Source: a virus
Taxonomy: Duplodnaviria; Caudoviricetes
IMG/VR virus record: IMGVR_UViG_3300020576_001287
Location: 1-64,000 of that record
DNA length: 64,000 nucleotides
Direction: 5' to 3' (one strand)
Shown piece by piece: positions 58,651 through 64,000 of the stretch (position 1 is the first letter of the stretch; every line of letters starts with the position of its first letter). The notes beneath the pieces are model-generated. The model did not search any database. It was not told the DNA's origin and was given only the letters and a program-made list of their open reading frames with translations. The position numbers and the translations under genes are program-made.

Positions 58651-58853
58651 AATTAGCCCCACAGGAAAAGAAAGCTTTAAATATTATGCGGGACGGCAAC
58701 AAGGCTATAATTATTAGCCGATTTAGCTGTAACGTATTAATAGCTGGTACAGACACAGAGTTTCCGGCAAATGTGCTAGAGGGCTTGATAGATAAAGACC
58801 TAGCCAGCTACTCCCATATGACGGACATACATAACTGCTACCGGCTTACATAA
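58647..58853 (+). CDS. Small winged-helix-like hypothetical protein
   Basis: Tiles in the operon. Confidence 0.5.
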   Translation: MKLAPQEKKALNIMRDGNKAIIISRFSCNVLIAGTDTEFPANVLEGLIDKDLASYSHMTDIHNCYRLT

Positions 58854-58879
58854 CTTGGTAAAACAGTAAAACTATAAGC

Positions 58880-59071
58880 ATGATGATTATAAACAACGCT
58901 TTTGAGTTTGGGGAAATAGTGTATCTGAAGACCGATAAAGACCAGTACCCACGTATAGTTACCGGCTTTACAGTTAATCCAAATGGCATACTGTATAGGT
59001 TAGGGGTAATGCACATTGAGAGTACCCATTACGAGCTAGAGATAACCAAAGAAAAACAATACTACGTATGA
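58880..59071 (+). CDS. Small SH3-like hypothetical protein
   Basis: FEFGEIVYLKTD..Q..RIVTG......ILY.L. Confidence 0.6.
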   Translation: MMIINNAFEFGEIVYLKTDKDQYPRIVTGFTVNPNGILYRLGVMHIESTHYELEITKEKQYYV

Positions 59072-59274
59072 GTAACGTACAGTTTACAGATAACTCCCTT
59101 ATGCCTTTGGGCAAGTATAAAGGTAAGAAGCTAATAGAGGTTCCGGCATCTGTTTTCATATACCTGTGGGAACAGTCTTGGTTTGATCGTACCGGCCCAC
59201 TGGGTAAGTACATAGAGTACAATATGGAAGTACTGAGGAAGCAAGCTAAAGAGCAACAAAACCTACGCAGATGA
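59068..59274 (+). CDS. DUF3820-like protein
   Basis: MPLGKYKG..L.EVP.S...YL. Confidence 0.65.
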   Translation: MSNVQFTDNSLMPLGKYKGKKLIEVPASVFIYLWEQSWFDRTGPLGKYIEYNMEVLRKQAKEQQNLRR

Positions 59275-59474
59275 ATACAGAACCATACACCCAAGAAGAG
59301 CAGGCTATCATGGCCCTGCTGATGAAAGCACACACGCTATTCGTACAATTACCACAGCAGAACAAAGTAGCGGTAGGGGATTGGGATTTAGCCTACCGTA
59401 ATATGCAGCGTATACTAAACATGCGTGTACTACGTAGGGATTACCCAGGATACGAAATAACTATAGGGGAATAG
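59271..59474 (+). CDS. Hypothetical protein
   Basis: ATGA overlap with the previous gene. Confidence 0.55.
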   Translation: MNTEPYTQEEQAIMALLMKAHTLFVQLPQQNKVAVGDWDLAYRNMQRILNMRVLRRDYPGYEITIGE

Positions 59475-59475
59475 A

Positions 59476-59514
59476 AAAATACTGTTGTAGTGAAGAATTT
59501 TTATTCTACCTTTG
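59476..59514 (+). promoter_or_regulatory. Early-type promoter GTTG-N19-TACCTTTG
   Basis: AAAATACTGTTGT start shared with 55566 and 63624. Confidence 0.7.
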
Positions 59515-59533
59515 ACTTATAAAACATACAGCA

Positions 59534-59851
59534 ATGACTACAGAAGCACTTGAACAGGCTAAAAAATTAGTTGAACAGGCTAAAAAATTAGAGGCGGCTA
59601 TAGCTAATTACACTAGGCACCTGGAAGAGGTATCAGGAGACACTACGGAGGCCATAGCTATAGAGGCTAGTTCAGGGGGTGCTAACCCTGCATCTATATC
59701 ATTTGTAGTGGCTAATGAAGAGAGCACAGACCTGCATTTAGATTTATTTGCAGAGTTCAACATACCTACTCCTAAGATGGTAATTGACCAATATATAGCG
59801 GCTGTGCAATCTAAGATTACACAACTTAAACAGGATTTTGAAGCCCTTTAA
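59534..59851 (+). CDS. Coiled-coil hypothetical protein, paralog of 55624-55881
   Basis: Ends PTPKMVIDQYIAAVQSKITQLKQDFEAL. Confidence 0.6.
   Translation: MTTEALEQAKKLVEQAKKLEAAIANYTRHLEEVSGDTTEAIAIEASSGGANPASISFVVANEESTDLHLDLFAEFNIPTPKMVIDQYIAAVQSKITQLKQDFEAL
59550..59591 (+). repeat. Perfect 21-bp tandem duplication (one heptad)
   Basis: TTGAACAGGCTAAAAAATTAG x2. Confidence 0.9.
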
Positions 59852-59860
59852 AGTTACTTT

Positions 59861-60574
59861 ATGTCAGACCAAGAATTACTACACTACCTTAAAGCCGACA
59901 CGGATAAACCAATTAAGCATAGTTGGAAGTGTATAGGGTTAAACTCAAATGGTATCAAAGTGTATGAGTGTAGAAACTGTAACCTCAAAAAGGGTAATAT
60001 GCAGGTACCACCCACTATGCGATTATTTACACGGTACATTAAACCAGACGGTACTACACAAGTTAGAGCCGGAAAATGTGAATCAAGTTTAAAACCAGAT
60101 ATAAATATGGAAAATCAACCAGTGCGTAAAGCACAAACGACAATCGGATGTATACCAATGCACGACAGGGTGTACATCAAAGAGGCAGAACATGAAACCC
60201 AAACCAAGGGGGGTATAATATTGCCGGACAACTTGGACAGAGAGCCTAAGACCTGGGGTACAATCGTAGCAATGGGGCCAGGGTACTCTGATAAACCCAT
60301 GATAATAGAGCTAGGTGATGTAGTGCGCTACAGTAAACACGCTGGTACTGAAGATGAGATAGACGGTGTTAAGTACAAGGTAATCCGTGAATCTGACATA
60401 TTCAGCATTAAGGTACCGGTACCAACCGCTGCCGAGACTACAAAATTTCCCGTAGTTGACACTACGCCTGTAAGAGGTAAGGTAGACATTGGGGAGTTAG
60501 AGGATAAGGAATACGAAGAAACCCCACAACAGTATCAGGCACGTTTAGCCGCTAAAGCAACTGCTAAAAAATAA
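59861..60574 (+). CDS. groES: GroES/Cpn10 co-chaperonin domain with N-terminal Cys/His domain and acidic C-terminal extension
   Basis: IPMHDRVYIK..E.ETQTKGGIILPD...GTIVAMGPG...GDVVRYSKHAGTE.EIDG.KY.VIRESDI. Confidence 0.88.
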   Translation: MSDQELLHYLKADTDKPIKHSWKCIGLNSNGIKVYECRNCNLKKGNMQVPPTMRLFTRYIKPDGTTQVRAGKCESSLKPDINMENQPVRKAQTTIGCIPMHDRVYIKEAEHETQTKGGIILPDNLDREPKTWGTIVAMGPGYSDKPMIIELGDVVRYSKHAGTEDEIDGVKYKVIRESDIFSIKVPVPTAAETTKFPVVDTTPVRGKVDIGELEDKEYEETPQQYQARLAAKATAKK

Positions 60575-60579
60575 TCGCA

Positions 60580-60900
60580 ATGGAAACACTACCAATCATA
60601 ATTATAGTAGCACTTATCGCCTGTTTATTAGGGGTAGGTGCTACTGTAGTGTTTATACACTACACAAGTAAAATGGCTAAGTTGCAGGGGCTTACGAATG
60701 AGTTAACTGATAACCTAGGCAAAGTGCATCTACGGCTAACTGGCGTGGAAAAAGGTTTATACAACACCTCTAAAGCATTAGCTACAGACACAGACAATAA
60801 GATAACTGCTGTAGACACCAAGATTAACGAGCTAGCTACCACCACTGTAGAAGCCCTTAACGCCATTCAGCAAACCTTAGAAACTAAAAACAATGGCTAA
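60580..60900 (+). CDS. Bitopic membrane protein with coiled coil
   Basis: LPIIIIVALIACLLGVGATVVFI. Confidence 0.55.
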   Translation: METLPIIIIVALIACLLGVGATVVFIHYTSKMAKLQGLTNELTDNLGKVHLRLTGVEKGLYNTSKALATDTDNKITAVDTKINELATTTVEALNAIQQTLETKNNG

Positions 60901-61177
60901 GAAACCTGAGTTGAAAGTATGGGTAACCACCAATATTGCTAATACTACAGGTATTATAGTAGCTGCCTACAGTAAGTATAGTGCTGTGCAAATTATACAC
61001 TTTGGTACAGGTAAGAAAATTACAAAGAAAGAATTTGAATCCTTTTATAACTTTGTATCCCCTGACAATTTAACGAGAGTTAAGGTTACTGAAAATATAC
61101 TTTTAGATCGTCCGGCTATATACCTATACTCCCTAGGTAAGGTATGTTGTACTTGGTTAGGCACAAAAGAAGACTAA
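60893..61177 (+). CDS. Hypothetical protein
   Basis: Overlaps both neighbours. Confidence 0.5.
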   Translation: MAKKPELKVWVTTNIANTTGIIVAAYSKYSAVQIIHFGTGKKITKKEFESFYNFVSPDNLTRVKVTENILLDRPAIYLYSLGKVCCTWLGTKED

Positions 61178-61725
61178 TGGTTAGATGTATATATTGTTCA
61201 AGGCCGATACAGAAAGCTCGTGATGGCTATTTTCATTGCGTTGATAAGGTAAGCTGTGATCGGGTAGCAGCTACTAAGTCCCTGCCCCCTAAGAAGGTAG
61301 TCATATTCTTTGATGCTGCTTGTCAGGGGGCTAACAAGGCTGAGGGGCAGCAGATGGGTATAGGGGTACACACTACCATAGATGGGGTAGATGCCCCTGA
61401 ATATTCCGGCATAAAGGCTATAGGACATGGTACCGTAAACGATGGAGAGTGGACAGCTTGCACACATGCTTTTGATATTGCCCGTAGGGTGTACAGCGAC
61501 AACAGCGGCAGGGTATTTATAACTATATTCAGCGACTCCCAAGTAGTTGTTAAAGGCTTTACTGGGATCAATAAAACAGGGGCCAAGTTCTTGCAGTACG
61601 AGAAATTTTGTAAAAGCATAGCACGTAAGCTGGGGGCTAAGTTTACGGGCTTATACTGGATAAGTCGTGATAGGAATACCAAAGCTGACATATTAAGTAA
61701 GGAAGCATTAAAACTGATAAAATGA
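61177..61725 (+). CDS. RNase HI-like protein with N-terminal Cys4 motif
   Basis: IFFDAAC.G, N.GEW.A, IFSDSQVVV, WISRDRN.KAD; N-terminus CIYC...C....C. Confidence 0.8.
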   Translation: MVRCIYCSRPIQKARDGYFHCVDKVSCDRVAATKSLPPKKVVIFFDAACQGANKAEGQQMGIGVHTTIDGVDAPEYSGIKAIGHGTVNDGEWTACTHAFDIARRVYSDNSGRVFITIFSDSQVVVKGFTGINKTGAKFLQYEKFCKSIARKLGAKFTGLYWISRDRNTKADILSKEALKLIK

Positions 61726-61796
61726 TAACCGTAGCAATCATACTATACCTCATATACGGAGTACTCCCATTGTTAACAAACAAAACCAATAAATAA
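61722..61796 (+). CDS. 24-aa hydrophobic micropeptide (not in ORF track)
   Basis: MITVAIILYLIYGVLPLLTNKTNK; ATGA overlap upstream, TAATG overlap downstream. Confidence 0.5.
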   Translation: MITVAIILYLIYGVLPLLTNKTNK

Positions 61797-62143
61797 TGTT
61801 CAAGATAGACACATGCGATTTAGATGCGCTAAAGCAAGATACTCCGGTTATGACAATAGGAGATCATATAAAAGGTACTATGTTTACTGCTATAGACATA
61901 CAGGAGCATAACCTACAACGGTTAATGGCTGGGGTATCCATGTTTGTATTCAAGAAAGCTAAGGGGGAATTGCGCAAAGCAATAGGAACACTTAACCCAG
62001 CTTTTATACCCAAGGAGCGTAGCACAGAGCCTGCAAAGAAGCAGCATAAGCCAGCTCCAAATACGCAGACTTTCTTTGATCTACAGGCTAATGAGTTCCG
62101 TAGCTACAACATGGATAACATCATTGCAATAATAGAATTTTAA
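61796..62143 (+). CDS. WYL_2/SH3-like domain protein
   Basis: FVFKK.KGELRKAIGTL...TFFDL.ANEFRSY. Confidence 0.7.
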   Translation: MFKIDTCDLDALKQDTPVMTIGDHIKGTMFTAIDIQEHNLQRLMAGVSMFVFKKAKGELRKAIGTLNPAFIPKERSTEPAKKQHKPAPNTQTFFDLQANEFRSYNMDNIIAIIEF

Positions 62144-62153
62144 AGTACGTGGT

Positions 62154-62204
62154 AAGGGGTAGTGAGTAAAGGCTACATAGACCGTTCAAATCGGCTGCCT
62201 CTTC
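62154..62204 (+). ncRNA. tRNA-like mini-element (T-arm + acceptor-like stem, no anticodon arm)
   Basis: AAGGGGT/GCCTCTT 7-bp stem; CCG-TTCAAAT-CGG T-loop; alternative GTAGT/GCTAC hairpin. Confidence 0.35.
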
Positions 62205-62224
62205 GGAACTAAATAAAATTACCT

Positions 62225-62476
62225 ATGGCACTTAACGCACATGCTCCTGAAAACAGAATAATACAGCAGATAGTAGATGACTACTATGCTCGTGACCCTA
62301 GGGCTATTAATGGTATCATACAACCTAGCTACGGGCCTATGCCTAAGTATGTTATAGATACCTTAGAAGAAATGGGGTTTATTGTAGATTACGAGGCTTT
62401 TAGTTCCGGCATTTACCAGTATCACGTAGTAACCCCAGAGGATGCTGAAATATACAGACAATCACACCTAAAGTAA
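62225..62476 (+). CDS. Hypothetical protein
   Basis: A-rich leader; tiles. Confidence 0.55.
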   Translation: MALNAHAPENRIIQQIVDDYYARDPRAINGIIQPSYGPMPKYVIDTLEEMGFIVDYEAFSSGIYQYHVVTPEDAEIYRQSHLK

Positions 62477-62498
62477 CTTTAAAAACCAATATACAGTT

Positions 62499-63533
62499 AT
62501 GAAACAATACACAGTAATACTAGTGTTACCCGCATCCACTACTAAAGAAATAGCGTTAGCGGCATTAAAAGAATTACAAGCCTGTCCTTTAATAAAGGCT
62601 TGTCAAATATCCTGCGAAGGGTTAGAAGTTACTCCCACACCTGGGGTTACGTATGATTTTGTAATTAACGAAACAGCCAGTGGTACAGGTATAGACTTAC
62701 CGGTAATACCCATTGAAATTATAAAATACATGCGCCCCGAAGTAACATCAGCAGCTATAGAGAATATTATAGCCGCATATAAGAAAATAGGCAATGCAGA
62801 GGGGGCTATAGAGGTAGAAAAGGATTTTGCTGCGGCTGTAAATGAGTACCTAAATACGCAAGCAGAAGGTAACACTAAAGAAATGTTTGAGGGGCTTAAA
62901 CAGGGTGTTAACCGTACTCCACAGGTAGGGGTTAACTTTTTCTCTTCTGTGTCTGAGGGTATTGGAGTAACACAAGGTAAAGAACAATTGAATGATGTAA
63001 AGCTACACCCTGTAGTACTACAGAAAACGGATACCTGTTGGACTTATGCTTTAAAGCGTATAGGCTGTGTACCTGTTATACAGAACTCTAAAAATGTACT
63101 ACCACATATTCATCTAGTACATAGGAGTAAGCAATATGGTAATGTTATAAAACCTAAAGACTTACTGCCAATTGACCACGAATTAATAGAGCAGCATTTT
63201 ATTTTATGCAACATGCTACCAGATGGAATACCTGAAATTGCTACCATCTACGCAGTACTACAGCCAGGGGATTTAATAATGCTTTCCGGCAACGAGATAC
63301 GATACATTCTACCCGACCGTATAAACGAAAACGGAGAGCTTGAATACACTTCCCAGATCATACGTAGGCACGTAGTTGTATACGAGGGTAACGGCATGGT
63401 ATCACATGCTGTATTGGATCACTTAGATGCTATGTTTAAGTCCGTTACTGCCATGTGCATTAAGATAGAATCATTAGAGGCAGTACTACAAGGCTCTGCC
63501 GGAAGAAAGGCATATTTACTACGTCTGAAGTAG
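62499..63533 (+). CDS. Hypothetical protein with C-terminal NlpC/P60-like papain-fold motifs
   Basis: DTCWTYA (Cys), LQPGDLIML, RHVVVYEGNGMVSHA (His). Confidence 0.55.
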   Translation: MKQYTVILVLPASTTKEIALAALKELQACPLIKACQISCEGLEVTPTPGVTYDFVINETASGTGIDLPVIPIEIIKYMRPEVTSAAIENIIAAYKKIGNAEGAIEVEKDFAAAVNEYLNTQAEGNTKEMFEGLKQGVNRTPQVGVNFFSSVSEGIGVTQGKEQLNDVKLHPVVLQKTDTCWTYALKRIGCVPVIQNSKNVLPHIHLVHRSKQYGNVIKPKDLLPIDHELIEQHFILCNMLPDGIPEIATIYAVLQPGDLIMLSGNEIRYILPDRINENGELEYTSQIIRRHVVVYEGNGMVSHAVLDHLDAMFKSVTAMCIKIESLEAVLQGSAGRKAYLLRLK

Positions 63534-63560
63534 TACAACTAGTTTAAGGTTTGAAATATG

Positions 63561-63590
63561 GGCTGCTTGTTTCTACAGGCGGCTTTTTTT
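63561..63590 (+). terminator. Intrinsic terminator
   Basis: GGCTGCTTGT-TTCT-ACAGGCGGCT then TTTTTT. Confidence 0.8.
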
Positions 63591-63623
63591 ATTGCCTATA
63601 CCCCAATAGATAAATACTATAAT

Positions 63624-63662
63624 AAAATACTGTTGTTTATCAGAATTTTAATTTTACCTTTG
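63624..63662 (+). promoter_or_regulatory. Early-type promoter GTTG-N19-TACCTTTG
   Basis: First 26 nt identical to 55566-55591. Confidence 0.75.
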
Positions 63663-63683
63663 GTTTTTAAACAACTATAAAAT

Positions 63684-63923
63684 ATGGCAAACGAAGACTA
63701 CCAACAACCAGCTTTCCCTACATACGAGCATGATAATAATATTGATGGTACACCTTATTTAAGGTTAGCTAGCGAGGGTATGTTACTACTTGACCACCTA
63801 GCGGCAATAGCGTTACCACAAATGATAATAAAGTTTTGGCCCCATAAAGAAAATGCCGCTCACCATGCTTATGAGTATGCCAGGGAAATGATGGAAGCAC
63901 GTAAAAAATACATAGAGCAATGA
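63684..63923 (+). CDS. Common small phage protein (PAFP...GM.L.D..AA.A...AY..A..M..AR pattern)
   Basis: Motif visible in the translation. Confidence 0.65.
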   Translation: MANEDYQQPAFPTYEHDNNIDGTPYLRLASEGMLLLDHLAAIALPQMIIKFWPHKENAAHHAYEYAREMMEARKKYIEQ

Positions 63924-64000
63924 GAGTAAACCACATAACCATACACGAGAGACCTAGCAATAGTAACCAGGTAACCATACACATCTGCGAAAACGCATTT
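63920..64000 (+). CDS. Partial ORF running off the window end
   Basis: ATGA overlap; MRVNHITIHERPS... open to position 64000. Confidence 0.4.
   Translation, partial: MRVNHITIHERPSNSNQVTIHICENAF

Larger units (their letters stand above)
1400..62481. repeat. Dispersed 13-bp palindrome TAAAGT(A/T)ACTTTA
   Basis: Exact copies start at 1488, 3293, 5203, 8390, 10273, 11512, 15183, 18974, 20926, 22584, 32366, 39188, 42055, 44081, 49751, 51715, 53044, 54424, 55902, 59849, 62469. Variant TAAAGTAGCTTTA or its reverse complement at 1400, 16042, 23958, 48408, 58462. One-mismatch copies at 28866, 34763, 46275, 49615. Confidence 0.95.

Noticed and set aside
60544-60556. TTTAGCCGCTAAA, an exact match to the RK2 KorB operator consensus
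   Set aside because: Single occurrence inside coding sequence (LAAK codons); consistent with chance.
62154-62204. Functional tRNA gene
   Set aside because: No anticodon arm and no CCA; kept only as a tRNA-like element.
51-63984. Minus-strand ORFs of the six-frame track
   Set aside because: Nearly all lie antisense to well-supported + strand genes and have no recognisable motifs; treated as shadow ORFs (the two in 51-485 are low-complexity).
1-64000. Integrated prophage interpretation
   Set aside because: No integrase, att-like boundary or flanking host genes seen; lifestyle cannot be settled from this window.

Overview
The whole window is bacteriophage DNA from a contractile-tailed (myovirus-type) dsDNA phage. 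No host genes or integrase are visible, and essentially every credible gene is on the + strand. Gene order: non-coding AT-rich end region; HNH endonuclease; TerS; TerL with a LAGLIDADG intein; portal-MuF fusion; protease/scaffold; decoration protein; major capsid; neck; three signal-peptide fibre/adhesin-like genes; sheath; tube; chaperone with a -1 frameshift site; tape measure; baseplate; holin; fibre. Then a replication/recombination module (DnaB-like, primase, SF2 helicase, UDG-PolA, methyltransferase, gp32-like SSB, SbcD-ParB-SbcC, resolvase), a GH19 endolysin with spanin-like genes, and a cluster of small early-type genes (Dda, GroES, RNase H, WYL-like, NlpC/P60-like). Repeated TAnnTTTG promoter boxes and signal peptides cleaved before Gln point to a Bacteroidota host (inference). 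Main highlights: (1) a 13-bp palindrome TAAAGT(A/T)ACTTTA found at least 21 times exactly (about 30 with variants) across the genome, with an orphan ParB as candidate binder; (2) a DNA polymerase gene fractured by a split intein with a free-standing Vsr/DUF559-like endonuclease between the halves; (3) three coupled fibre/adhesin-like genes carrying Sec signal peptides inside the morphogenesis operon; (4) a second inverted-repeat motif overlapping several promoters. All calls come from motif reading by eye. No database searches were run, and motif counts are manual minimums.
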